DNA of 64,000 nt from the NCBI RefSeq assembly GCF_003704095.1, contig NW_020843703.1:62001-126000 (forward strand), in the 5' to 3' direction. This document shows, piece by piece, positions 1 through 13,395 of the stretch. The stretch comes from Pocillopora damicornis (taxonomy: Eukaryota). The stretch's first letter is position 1. Every line of letters starts with the position of its first letter. Below the pieces are notes generated by a model. That model saw nothing but the letters and a program-made list of their open reading frames with translations, was not told the DNA's origin and ran no database searches. The position numbers and the translations under genes were made by a program.

Positions 1-452
1 CACGTTTCTAATATCGTTATTTGATTTAGGACTTTTCGGCTCTGATTGCGGCGAGAAACGTGAAACGAATCTCAGAGGTTTGCTTTCGACCCCAGTTCGT
101 AAATTTAAAGTTGAGGTATGAAGATCATTAACTGACAGTTATTTCTGCACAAATTTACAACAGCTCAGCAATTGTTGACCAGCAATAACTTTAAGGATAC
201 AAGTAACTGTGATGCTTTTAAAAGAGAGGTATACGTTAATACGAAACTTCACAATGATGACATCTGTTACCCTCGAAGGTATTAATCAGTGTATTTTACA
301 CGGCCTGTGGCATGATTGTATACTTTCACGCCCATGATACTTCGTTCCTTAAAATCGAATTCCTCACCTAACAATTACGTACTTTTTGTTTTGATTTTTA
401 TTTTTGTTGATGGTTCATGTTAACGTCCAGGACGAAACCGGCGCCTAGAAAT

Positions 453-1478
453 TTATAAGGTATGGTGCTGTGTGGTGCTTTCAGCAAGGGCGACGGTTCT
501 TTGAGTCGATCCCTGTTGATTGTAATCGGTGTTCGAGCCCGATTCATTGCGAATTTTATTGCAGTATGCACAGTGGAGTATTCTTTTGAACTCTAACCTA
601 AACAACGGATTCATTCCGGCGTAAATGAAAGGATTAATGGCGTTTGACAAATTTACGAAGAAAGCGCACAACAGTTGAACATTGCGAGGTACTTTTCCCA
701 CAAAGCGTACCAGGATGGTAATCAACCAAGCAGGAACCCAGCATAACATGAAGGCAAATACTACGACGAATAATGACTTGCTTATTCGGATTTCATGTGC
801 GCTGAAATTGACATCACGTCTTTGACTTTGATGGGTCATCGCTAAATTAATGTTGTGTTCCTGGATCTTTCTGGAGACTTTTCTGTAGCTGAAAATCGTC
901 ACCGCCAGGGGAAGAAGGAAAAACAAGCCAACGACCACAAAATAATGAAGTATTTTGCTAGATGCAGCCAGATGTTGGTTCAAGCACGAGGCATACTCTG
1001 GTACAAATTGAAAGCCTTGTAGACCAGCCAAGCGAGAAAACAGGATGTAACCAGCAATTAAGCCCCATACAAAGGCCAGCACGAGGCGGGATTTTATTGG
1101 GGAGAAGAACCGTTTATACTCCATATCTGACTTGCATATTCTCATGTATCTGTTAACTGCTGTCAAACCCATCGTCACGGGTGAAACGTACACAACAAAT
1201 AGGCTGAAAAAGGCATTTACCTGGCAAAGTACTTTACCAAAGGGCCATCTTCCTGAAATAAGTGCTCCGGCTGCAAACGGCATGACGAAAATGGCGCTCA
1301 AAAGATCGCTGATAGCCAACGCGATGATGTAAATGTTAGTGGTAGAACGTAGTCTTATATTCCTGTAAACGGCTATACACACCATGATGTTGCCTCCCAG
1401 CGAAAAAATGTTCAGCGCAATCATAAAGCCGGACTCCACGATGGTCAGAGCTACACTGCGTGATGGTAGATCGGCCAT
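453..1478 (-). CDS. Intronless class A (rhodopsin-like) GPCR, melatonin-receptor-like (NRY type), copy 1
   Basis: 341-aa ORF with 7 hydrophobic segments: TM1 GN, TM2 LAISD, ECL1 WPFG..LC, TM3 NRY, TM6 CWVP, TM7 NPFIY. Ligand not determinable from sequence. Confidence 0.9.
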   Translation of the reverse strand: MADLPSRSVALTIVESGFMIALNIFSLGGNIMVCIAVYRNIRLRSTTNIYIIALAISDLLSAIFVMPFAAGALISGRWPFGKVLCQVNAFFSLFVVYVSPVTMGLTAVNRYMRICKSDMEYKRFFSPIKSRLVLAFVWGLIAGYILFSRLAGLQGFQFVPEYASCLNQHLAASSKILHYFVVVGLFFLLPLAVTIFSYRKVSRKIQEHNINLAMTHQSQRRDVNFSAHEIRISKSLFVVVFAFMLCWVPAWLITILVRFVGKVPRNVQLLCAFFVNLSNAINPFIYAGMNPLFRLEFKRILHCAYCNKIRNESGSNTDYNQQGSTQRTVALAESTTQHHTL

Positions 1479-1917
1479 TTTGTTTGGAGTGTTATCGTTG
1501 TTGCCGCAACTTTTGCTTTTCTATTATTGCAGTTGATGAGACGAAAGTTTATCCTAAGCTGGCTTCTAATGTGCTTGGGTGAATTGAAAGTATGTTGGTT
1601 CCCACTAATTTTTGAGGAAATCTTCGTTCAATTGGTTTTCCTAACGAAAGGTGTTGACTGTAGCTGTAAATAAAAAATAGGAAGGCCTCATATTAATCAT
1701 ATCTTTTAAAATTCTCGGACGGCTGGAGGAGCGTTTGACTCACCGGTGATGTTCAACATGATAAACTTTAAGATTTCAGTGTTGTTATTCACCCGTGTCA
1801 CGTTCTCAATTACATTAATCTTCACATGGGCATTAAAACCAAACAGAACCAAAGAATTTATCAGCAGGAGCCACTGATCCTTCAAAGTAAAACAGGTGAC
1901 CAAACGTGGATTGCTTT

Positions 1918-2017
1918 NNNNNNNNNNNNNNNNNNNNNNNNNNNNNNNNNNNNNNNNNNNNNNNNNNNNNNNNNNNNNNNNNNNNNNNNNNNNNNNNNNN
2001 NNNNNNNNNNNNNNNNN
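1918..2017. other. Assembly gap (100 N)
   Basis: Run of N; a 100-nt length suggests a placeholder of unknown true size. Confidence 0.99.
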
Positions 2018-2691
2018 AAATGGGCATCCCGTCTTTGACTTTGATGGGTCATCGCTAAATTGATGTTGTGTTCCCGGATTTTTCTGGAGACTTTTCTGTA
2101 ACTGAAAATCGTCACCGCCAGGGGAAGAAGGAAAAACAAGCCAACGACCACAAAATAATGAAGTATTTTGCTAGATGCAGCCAGATGTTGGTTCAAGCAC
2201 GAAGCATAATCCGGCACAAATTGAAAGCCTTGTAGACCAGCCAAGCGAGAGAACAGGATGTAACCAGCAATTAAACCCCATACAAAGGCCAGCACGAGGC
2301 GGGATTTTATTGGGGAGAAGAACCGTTTATACTCCATATCTGACTTGCATATTCTCATGTATCTGTTAACTGCTGTCAAACCCATCGTCACGGGTGAAAC
2401 GTACACAACAAATAGGCTGAAAAAGGCGTTTATCTGGCAAAGTACTTTACCAAAGGGCCATCTTCCTGAAATGAGCACTCCGGCTGCAAACGGCATGACG
2501 AAAATGGCGCTCAAAAGATCGCTGATAGCCAACGCGATGATGTAAATGTTAGTGGTAGAACGTAGTCTTGTATTCCTGTAAACGGCTATACACACCATGA
2601 TGTTTCCTCCCAGCGAAAAAATGTTCAGTGCAGTCATAAAGCCGGACTCCACGATGGTCAAAGCTACACTGCGTGATGGTAGATCGGCCAT
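2018..2691 (-). CDS. GPCR copy 2, near-identical to 453-1478; 3' part lost in the gap
   Basis: Same protein over about 223 aa with 6 substitutions (I19T, I41T, A73V, V87I, E161D, Q206R). Upstream DNA is also duplicated (1479-1917 vs 2692-3133). Confidence 0.8.
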
Positions 2692-5600
2692 TTTATTTGG
2701 AGTGTTATCGTTGTTGCTGCAACTTTTGCTTTTCTTCTTATATTGCAGTTGATGAGACGAAAGTTTATCCTAAGCTGGCTTCTAATGTGCTTGGGTGAAT
2801 TGAAAGTATGTTGGTTCCCACCAATTTTTGAGGAAATCTTCGTTCAATTGGTTTTCCAAAATGAAAGGTGTTGATTACAGCTGTAAATCAAAAAAGGGAG
2901 GGCCTCCTATTAATCATATCTTTTCGAATTCTCGGACAGCTGGAGGAGCGTTTGACTCACCGGTGATGTTCAACATGATAAACTTTAAGATTTCGGTATT
3001 GTTATTCACCCGTGTCACGTTCTCAATTAAATTAATCATCACATGGGCACAAAACCAAACAGAACCAAGGAATTTATCGGCAGGAGCCACTGATCCTTCA
3101 AAGTAAAACAGGTGACCAAACGTGGATTGCTTTTAGCTTGTCTCTGTCCATTAAGACGTTGGCGCAAGTTTTCTAGACCATTCTTAGGGAGCGATGAAGT
3201 AAAACAATGCAATATTAGACCGAATACTTTCGACGCTTTCTAGAAAAAAGTGTACTTTCCTTTTTGTAGCCAGCAGTGTCTCTAGCTTTGGACATTCAAT
3301 ATGGTTATTATACAAGAAAGTAAGGTATTCGATTTTATTTGGACGTGGAGAAGATGGTTTTTCATTGTTATTTTGTAAATATTTTGATCTTTCTTATTGT
3401 TGGTGAAAAAAGTAACTAAGCATCATCCCACAAAGAATTGGATAAACTACATGGTGAGAACCATTTTAAGTAAAAAGCATGAACAGCAGATTTTTCTTTC
3501 CCTTTCGCTTCAAAAAATTCACGCTATTAATGTCAATTCTGGTCATATTCATAACACGCAATGTTTACAACAGGTGAACATATCTGTCATTAATTCTGCG
3601 ACAGACGATCAAATGGCAGAAAGTGATTCGTGTTAAGTTGTTGATGATAAATTATTGTATCAAGGAACGAAAAGAAGGAATGGGAAAAAAAAAAGAAAAA
3701 AAAAAAAAAAAGGAATGACACCTCCACGTCTAACACTTTTGACTGAGAACATCCCGTGGGAGCCCAAGTCAACTCTGTACTGCACATGCGTGATTGAAGA
3801 TCGAGAGTTTTCGCCACGGATTTTAATTTTCATCCACTGCCTCAGTTGACATAACATATCGGTCAGCATCTTTTCGCAATTCTGGAGATACCAATGTATG
3901 TTAGTTCAAATCAAATATTAGTCAGACTCTTTAAAGGGCAAGGGGATACCTTCATAAGGACTAATTGGAAAATTAAGAAAAGGAAGCCTCATTTTGAATA
4001 TAACATCTTCTTTAACCTTTTTGACAACCGGCGAGATGTATATCTTATCTGTGTTCTTGATGTTTTTTATGATGATGGCCTTTATGTGATGAAGGCGATA
4101 AATGCGCACTAATTAAGCGAATCCAGTGAAGGAAACAACGGATGTGAAAACGTCGTGCAACAGTTGGCGATTTTTGAATTTTTCGAAAGAAAAGCAATTG
4201 CGCGGATATTTTAAATCAATGCTTTTGGCGCTTTCTACTCTGTCTCGGAAGTTATGATCCATCAAATGTTTTTGGTTGCCCACAATTGCTCGAAACGTAT
4301 CACATGATGATGGAATATGCCCCGGCTAAACCAGTGAAGAATAAGCAGAAAATAAACCCCTTTAGACGAGGCAGCTGAAATATTGTCCGGAAAATGAATA
4401 TTTGGTCGAGAAGCGAAGCCTCGAGGGAAAATATGAAATTTTTAGGACAATATCTCAGCCAGGGGCATTATCAGCCGATATACCAGCAAATCAGATGTTA
4501 CTTATTTATTTTATAACCCTTCCATTAAATTTCGTATCGCACGTTGACTAAAATTTTGTACTAATGTTTTTTAGTTTCCGGGGTAGCATTCAAGATTAGC
4601 TTTTTAATGTCACTACCTGTGGACTCTAGAAAACGAATTCGTTCTTCTTCCATGCAAAGTAACAAAGATTTAAAAATAAAACTCTTGTGCTGGCTTTTCC
4701 GCTGGCCTTGTTTTCTTTCGTCAAACTGAATCTCTTTCTATATTTTCGATCTGGGAAAGGGATAAAAATTTTTACTTCATTTGCTCACTTGGGATCATCG
4801 AACGCTTGTATGCGCGGTTAAGATAAAACTATACTATAAACCTTACGAAGAGTTATTCACACGCATTTTTAAAACGGATAACGGCCTCCTTCTACAACAA
4901 ATTTTGCACTATAAGTCCTGTTTATTATGCTTTCCTGTTAGTAGCCCACCAACTTAGTTGGTGTTGGCTGTTAGTAGCCTACGGCATTAAGGTCACGAGA
5001 TTAAAGGGAATGATAACCCATTAAAGAAGCTCTGGATTGTTAAACACATTCTCCTTGTCAGCACTTTTGAAAATGCATAGAGAACAGTATGGGGAGTATG
5101 CATATTGATGTTAGGGTGTAAAGGATTAATAGTTTCCTTTTTAGTATCAGGTCTATTTCCATCTTCTTACATAAGTTCTGATGCCGATGATTCTATTTTA
5201 AAGAGAAATTAAAGTACGGCAAATCCATTCTCACGCTTAAGTTTTTTTGGAGGCAAATACCCTCCTGGCATAAGCCAATAAAATTTTAAATTAAGGCCAC
5301 GCTTTTCAATTCTTTTCATTCCAATACTGATACTTATTCCTCTTAAATAAGGTAGTCCCGGAGAAGAAAAGAGAAAAGAAAATGGCCTGAAAGGAAGCGA
5401 AAAGACCGAAAAATAATAGAACTGACCATTACTTTCATAATTGAATCAAACGCCCAGATTATGGCTACAGGGTCTAAGATATCGATTTTCTAGTCAACTG
5501 GTCCTCGTCCTGCATGCGCGTTTTGTGTGAATGACTGCGTGCTTTCCGTCCTTCGAAATTGTCTTCGACAGAACTACCACACGATCAAAGGGAAATCAAA

Positions 5601-7871
5601 CTGGAATGAACCAAGCTATCAAACAGTGTTTAAACTAGAGTAGCTCATACCATCGCGTGTCAAACGGAGACTAGACTGGGGTGGCCCATACTATCACATG
5701 ATCAAATGGAGATCAAATGGAGATCACGCGGGTCGCGTGTTCCGAACCTTGTGCAAAGCGCACGTCATCTTCTCTGAAAAAGAAGTGACTTCCTATGTAC
5801 GTAAGTAAACTGACACGGAGGCTTGGTTAACTGATACTAAGTTTGTCGAATGAGAGACGGAAAAAATCAAAAAGCTCTTGTCATATTTAGACTGAAAGCG
5901 GTGATTCGGTTGCTCATGGCTAAGTAAGATGTTTTTAGGCAAAAAAAGTTAATGGCACTAACAGGGAATACTACGGTTTCAGTCCTTTATCTAGGGATCC
6001 TTTCCATCCAGGTCTTTGAGCTTAAACCTTTTTCGCAGCTATCTAGTAACCTGTTGTTAAAATAATACAAAAAGAGATGCTTTCGCTTTAAAATTTCCTT
6101 CCGAAGTTAGATTGACTCTAAATTCGGTACATTGTTGCTCTAACTCTTAAGTTTACACACACACCGAGTCTTTGTCCAGTGAATGAAGTCTTGACCAAGT
6201 TTGGCCGATCACATTCCCACAGTGCAGCCACTGAGATTTGAAGTCTGATTGGTCTCAGAAATAAACTCAGAATGGAATTCTGTATGAACGTGAAGTGTAC
6301 ACTCGACTCGTAAACGAATTCTACCATTCCGGTAAGACAGCTTTCCAAATCAAAATTACCGGATAAAAGTCCTGTCGGTGGAAATTTGAATTGGTTTCGA
6401 CGAGTAAATTCTTGATATTTCACGTTGTTGTACCAACGCTGCTGAAGAGAACTGGGTAGTACTTAATTGAATGAAATACTACTCAGTCTTGGGTTGTTGA
6501 AGCATTCCTAGAAATGCCGCAGAAGTAAAGTCCAGTCGGGTAAGGGTTTATTTGTTTCGCCAGGTGAAGCTGATACGACTTTCTCTGTGTTTTTGAAGCA
6601 GGTGCAGAAGACCACAGATGGCTACTCGACAGCCTGACATTGATAATTACAAAACACACTCCCATGACAAGCCACTACATGCATAAAAATGTTCCCAGGA
6701 ACTCCTTCCAGTGACAAATGAGTGCTACATATCCCTAGGCCAATGCTTCCGCTCCATACCCGATTTATGATCCTTGCTTTCGATGAAGTTAAAGAAAAAT
6801 ACTTTGTTTCAACTGATCAGTTTGTGTATCGTGTATTTAATTTCACCTTGCGAATTCAAACCCTTTAGAACCATTGTCAGCTGGACCCCTAAAAAATACA
6901 AGTGCACGTGGTAAGACATTTACATCTTCTCACGGTAGATTAAGACCCCTTCAAATGTTTTATTGAGTGAGAAAGTTAAAGCTATCGATATGCACCAATA
7001 ACAGACGCCACAAAAAATGTTACCTGCAGTTAACAGGACAAGTCGATCGCTATCGTGTTTAGTTATCATGCTTTGGTTTTCTTCACGGTTGCGTGCTCAT
7101 GCCTTCGCCGGAAAAAGCAAGGAAGCACAGTACCGCTCACATATACTGTAGCATCACACGCGCGTCAAACGCGTCTAATTCCCACGAACTAATTGTGTTA
7201 ACGATAATCGCAAGAAACGATTAATAAAAATCGGAAAAAAAACCTCTTGTTTAACCATGGCTCTATGACCTTTTGATTTAGATTTGGGATTAGAACCAAC
7301 CCACATTTTGGGTTTTAGGAAGCCTGTCCATAGTCACAGTCTGTTTTTGTTTTTGCTTTCGTGAGGTTATGGGCCTCGTTTGTTAAATTGTTTTTATTTG
7401 TTTTTATTTTTTTCCTTAAAGCGCACATTTTTCTGCAAACTAAAATCTAACACCTTTACATATTTGTCATATGGAACGCTGGTTTAGTCATTATCATAGA
7501 TGTCATTAAACATAGATTGCACTCGATACGATCGCGGAATTAGATGGACCTATAGGGATGTTAGGTGTGGGGCACAAATTTATGAGTTACATGTAGCATT
7601 AAATGAAGACAACCTCCTCACTCTGATCATGTGATTTATGTTACAACACAGATGCACAACAGTATTTCTGTGGCAATTGGTGAATATATAATGCCTTTTA
7701 AGAAAAAAGATAATGCCTTTTAAGACTTAAAAAGCTTTCACGTTTTAAAGTTTCCACCCAAGAGTACTTTGCTTCCAAGCAAGTCGAGCGTACTTTGGAT
7801 TTATTTTTTAAATAAATTAGAATGGTAGCCAACGTTGTTTTCCATCTAGGTTTACTGTTGTTATTGTGTTG

Positions 7872-8094
7872 NNNNNNNNNNNNNNNNNNNNNNNNNNNNN
7901 NNNNNNNNNNNNNNNNNNNNNNNNNNNNNNNNNNNNNNNNNNNNNNNNNNNNNNNNNNNNNNNNNNNNNNNNNNNNNNNNNNNNNNNNNNNNNNNNNNNN
8001 NNNNNNNNNNNNNNNNNNNNNNNNNNNNNNNNNNNNNNNNNNNNNNNNNNNNNNNNNNNNNNNNNNNNNNNNNNNNNNNNNNNNNNNNNNNNNN
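7872..8094. other. Assembly gap
   Basis: Run of N. Confidence 0.99.
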
Positions 8095-8399
8095 CAACCA
8101 TTGGTGGTGGTGATGCACAGTGTCTATGTGATGAATGACCACACACGAGGAAACAAAATCCCATGGCTAGACTTCATTAGGTCACGTGAGTGAAAAACCA
8201 AAACACAGGGTTTTAGCTTATGTGTCAAGTTGTGAGTGCAATAACTTCTCAAGAAATCGCGCCAATGGAAGGGACTACACCATGAAACCAACAACAAAGA
8301 ATAGTCATAAGGATACGTCCAATTGTATGTTCTGTGCCAATCTTTCCCAAATACACTACAGTTTTAAAGTTTACAATATTGCATAAAAAACAATCTACT

Positions 8400-11300
8400 C
8401 TACCTTGGTAAACGTATGACATTCTCTGGCAGTTTCTGCTCCACTTGTAGTAATTGTGGTCTGACATCACTTCTGTATAATTGAAAGTTAAAGTAACATG
8501 TACATTTTTGTTAATTGCAGAACAATAATTGAGGACATTTGTGTTTTCTGCAGGGAGAGAAAACTACAGATACAATCCTATGACAAGAGCAGCATTTGAA
8601 ACAAATGACAATGGAAAATGTACATTAACCTTGCATTATATGCAGGCATGTCGCTAAGGAGAATTGGGATGCCTGGACCACACTCTTTAGGCAAAGATCT
8701 TTCTTCTAGCAAACAACATACTAACTCAGGTCGTGAAAAAGAAAGGATCACAGGAATCTTAATGTATCACATAATGATCAGCCAACAATATTTTGTATTA
8801 AGTAAATCAGAGCATGGATGACCTAACTTCATCCCTGGTGTACACATGTACATATGTGAATAAAATCATTGTAAGATGATCTACAGGACTAGTGTAACTT
8901 ACTCTGAATCATTGTTTTCATCTGTTGCAGATCCCAATATTCGTGCCCTAATAAAATGAAACAATAAAGAATAATAAAATTAACAAGAAAAAATCCATTA
9001 TTACTATTTACTTATTAGTATGATTGTTCTGGTGATTATGGAGATACACACCCTATGATTGGTCAAGGATTCCATCATATCTTGCTATTATCACCTAACG
9101 TGGGGTGATCTTAGCAAGAGCGCTAAATTTCAAAGTGGCTGCATGCCTCACATTTTGTTAGTGTTATTAAGGAAATGATGAATGCAATAAAAAAAATTCA
9201 ATTTCAAAGAGCACAAAAGATGCTACTAAGATTGGAGTATCACTTTCCAAAACAAAGATACATGTATGAATTAAGTGAACCTGTTAAATTCTACTGTAAA
9301 CTGGCTCTTAATCGAAACAATTTAAACAGAATAGTTTCAGGATTAAAAGGAAAGCACCTAAACAAATATAATAAAACAATTATTTGCCTCAGGCTCAGTG
9401 AATAATATTGTTGAATAATCCCCTTGCCATTGTTGCAGAGATCATTCAACAATATTCAGCATATTTGTTAGACAACTACATCTACACTATGTACCTTTTA
9501 ACCTTTCACCCCCCAGATCTCATTTGTAATTCTCCTTACTGTTTTCCATACAATTCTTCTAATGTTGGTTTGGAGATTTAGAAATTGGATCAATTGAAAG
9601 GCTCAGAGCAAGAACGACCCCTTGATTTTTCGGCCATTTTTGAAAGTGTTCAGAAGTAGTTGAATTTTGGCATGTGGACTTAGTTTTACTCGATATACAA
9701 TGTTTTGGTTTTTTTTTCACTGGTTTGCGCTTCGTTTTCGAGAAATAATGTATGCAAAAAAACCTTGAATTTCGTAGCGGCTTTCATTGAATGAAGCCGA
9801 AAGAAATCCCCTAATTGATATATGTTTTTTTATTCTCATCACTTGTCTCCTTGATATTGCATTAGTATTGCAAAAATAAAATTCCTCAAGGGAATTAAAG
9901 GGTTAACCAGGTTTATGATACAACTGCTATATATTGTTTACTTTTATGGATTAAAAGGTTACTAAAAAAACTGTATATATCTAGAACAATTTACACCTGT
10001 TCCAGGCTTGTCTCACTTTGAAAAATTTCCTTACCTAGCCTCTGCATATTGTGCTTGTCTCTCTGCTAATGTTTTATGAGCAGGCTTCTCCTTGGAGGAT
10101 TCCTGATTTTTCAAATTATTTGTTCCACCAGAATCTGGTCGTTTTAATATTCTCAACTACAATATAAAAATTAAAAGAAACAGTACATGAAGTTCAGAAT
10201 CTGGCAACTTGAAAACACTAAACCACATACAACTTGCACGTTCAAATCTTACCAACATAATGCACAGTACTATACTGGACATACTATACTATCATCCAAA
10301 CTGGTGGTATCTTGGGCCTGGAAACCCCTGTTTATTCCCCATTTTATTGTTATACAAGTAAGAACGAGGCTAAATGCAATTTACACAAGGATAAAATCAC
10401 CTCAATACACTGGTGTCACCTAAATTGTGATGAGGAAGGCTACTGGGAATTTTGTAGAGAGAGGCTCTGCAGTTTTACTTAATTTACTCAGCTAATTTGC
10501 TTTCTTTGTTTTCATTTTGCTGATGGTTATACTTGACAGTGTACTTGACAAACAATTCCAAGGATAATAATTATCTATAGTACTGATTGTTCCTGGGGTT
10601 GTACAATGACACTAGAAGGTGGCATTGCAGAATATTTGTCTCACATGCACAACAGAAAACCTGCTGCATCCTAAATATTTGTGAGTACCCTGTTCCACAA
10701 GAGAAAGACGATTCAATAATATATTGTCTAATTGACATTAACCTAATAATTAAATGGAAACAAATAATATTAACAATAATAAAAATGATAACAATCGTGA
10801 TATTATAATATTTAACTTAAAAGGGCCAGCTCTAAAGCCCTATGGTTCCCCAGTCCTCTTTCAACAATGATCACCAATGCCTCTTTTAATTCTGCTGTTT
10901 GATTTAAATAATTTTATTATTTCCATTGCAATTTCCATTTCTTTCATTTTAGGATATTCCGTCATTCCTTGTCTTATTAAATATATTCTACCATTCTGTG
11001 GATCCACTGATCCACTGTTCCTCTATTCCATCATTTTGTTGAACAACTCATGGTATTGTGTTTTGCAGAGGCTCCCTTTGCAACTTAGTGGCTCTTTTCA
11101 GAATAAGTTGCAGACTCAAGCTGTTTGAATGTTCAGATTGGATCTATTGAGATATTTCTGCATGCCATGGAAAAGTTTTGATTTAAACAATGCCTTGTTG
11201 GATGCCACTGTGAAATAGTTTTGATATGTTCATTGCCTTTTGTAGTGTGAGGGCAAAAACTGAAAAGATCAATCTCCTCTTAGTTTGCTGATTTAAATGG

Positions 11301-13395
11301 TAAAATATTCTCTCTTCAAAGAAAATAATTTTCTTTTTAGTTCCATGATGTGCAGATCATACCTATTACAATATTTCTACAAGGAAAACTTTTGCTGTAA
11401 ATTACGTGCAATTCTAAAATTATTGTGAGATGTTTATTATCTCCTGCTGTCCTCTGTTGTGTCATGGGAAGAGCTGAAAACATAATTCACTAGTGGCTAG
11501 AAGTCAGAAATAAAAAAAGGAGAGAACTCAACTGTGTATCGAGTGCAAATGTTGAACTACTTGATACTAAGATAATTTGAAAAAAAACATTAAGTAGTAC
11601 CAGGAAACATCAGGTCAAAATTGGGTCAAGATTGAATTTCTACTGTTACATTCACTTACTTGCTCACTCATCTTGACAATGCGCATGTACATATGTGACT
11701 AATGGCCTCCTATGGGAGGCACTAGCCACAAAAATAATGTAGTCATCAGTAAGGAGAGCTAGCTTTCTAGTTGAAAGTATACAGGACTATAGTACACAGT
11801 ATATCATATTAAATGCACGCTTTATCAACTACAATTTTAATTACCTGTGGCTTGTACAGAGTTCGGTTTGTATCTTCTTGCATCAGAATGGATGAACCTG
11901 TCTTAGTTTCTTGCTTTCTAAAAGAAATGATGAGCAAGTAGAATTGTTTCTATGATTTACTATCAGTTTCATTTCACTTATGCCAAAAACAAGTCCCCAC
12001 ATAAAGGTCTGATTACACAAACAAAGTTTAACCAATGTTTAACAAAACTGTGATCTAAATTATCTTCAATTCAGCTGAACTTTTTAACTGATCATCTATA
12101 ATTATGAACAGTATCAAGAGGACCAAACGCTAACAGTGGAAGGGCATTGATTTAATTACATCAAAGAGAAAACCTGAGGTCCACAGCTTCTGTAAAACTG
12201 CAGTTTGGGTTAGACTTCATGTAAATAACTGGCCCTACAAGTCTTGAGGTATGTTAAAAAAAAAATCATAATAATTTGAGATAAAATAAAGAAAAAAAAA
12301 ATTATTGAAGATGTGCAGTTAGAATGATATTCCTATGTCAATATGGGAGAAACCCACTAGGAAAATCTTTGAAAAAGCAATTCTTATGTTTTACTTTTCT
12401 CAGTATTAATAAATATCTTCCTTTTTACCATGTGCTATTATTACATTTGTTGTTAAAGGTGTGATCCTGATTCTCTCTCTTACATATGTACTCCTCTTGT
12501 TTTATTGACTATGAAAAATTGTAATTTAGTGTAAAAGGACATCTAATTAGCTCGCTATATTATGCCCTTCTCCCTTTTCTTTATTTTTTTGTAATTATTC
12601 AAAGGTTGTGATTGTTGAAATGAAGGAAATAATTAAAAAAAAAATGTAGGAGTGATCTTCCTAACTCAATACATGTAAAGCATTCACAAGGCAGCAGCCT
12701 GGCACTGGATACCATACAGACATGGTTTTATGATGAAGAAGCTTTTTGAAACGTTTTTCCCCGCGAACACTTATGGACAATTGAGTTTAATTTATAGGGA
12801 AAGTTGGAAATAAAATATTACTGTATTTATTTTTATCTTTACAGTACAGTATATGAAAATTGCTTCAATGTCCTTCAATTTAACCACAAAAATACTCACT
12901 TGAGACTTTCCTTTATGTTATATACTTTTTTTTATTTAGCTTTGTATTGTGACTCGTCTTACTTTATAGATGTAATTGAAGGTTTCTGGTCCTTTTCTCG
13001 TATCTGTTTCTCCCGTTCTTCCATTCGTCTTTCTAATTCCTACAAATGAAATCAGTTGTAAACTCGACCAATAAATTCATTGGCAAATAAAATTATAGGT
13101 AAAAACCTGTTTCTCCAAAAGTAGTATTATCATTACTAGATCGACAGAGGTTGGAACACGATGTCATTCCTGGAATCCAGGGGTTAATTACTGGCAGATG
13201 TGAAAACTACCTTACAGTTCATTGATACAATTTACGAGAAAAAAACCCTCAAAAAATGGGAGTTTTGACTGGGTAGAAATTTATATGAATTACAAAAGTG
13301 AGGGAAATAAACATTATCTGCAGATTATTTACCCCAGAATCTGCCATATCTTCCCAACTGTCCCAGATATCGTCATCTTCTTCTTCTGCCGCCAT
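8400..13395 (-). CDS. SZRD1: SUZ RNA-binding domain-containing protein 1-like; at least 6 coding exons
   Basis: Phase-consistent GT-AG exons: 13395-13333 (MAAEEEDDDIWDSWEDMADSG), 13039-12963 (ELERRMEE..), 11917-11845 (..YKPQ), 10156-10035 (LRILKRP..KTLAERQAQYAEAR), 8947-8903 (ARILGSA..), 8472-8404 (..ENVIRLPR). These match SZRD1 hallmarks ([43 protein letters not shown]). The terminal GPDG exon was not found. Confidence 0.88.
9498..9906. mobile_element. TTAA-flanked MITE (family 1) interrupted by a ~200-bp insert
   Basis: ttaacctttcacccc ... ttaaagggttaa; internal sequence matches the other family 1 copies; foreign insert at 9601-9798. Confidence 0.75.

Noticed and set aside
453-1478. Assigning the symbol MTNR1
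   Set aside because: NRY alone is not enough; TM7 is NPFIY rather than the NAxxY of vertebrate melatonin receptors, and cnidarians have many such orphan receptors.
6118-6665. Minus-strand ORFs of 101 and 60 aa
   Set aside because: No recognisable motif or consistent exon chain, and the longer one starts with GTG.
7817-8193. ORFs spanning the N-run
   Set aside because: Artefacts of the gap.
8630-8705. Possible 76-nt poison exon in SZRD1 (AG..GT bounded, introduces a stop)
   Set aside because: Weak donor (GTTAAT), and the flanking exons join correctly without it; no supporting evidence.
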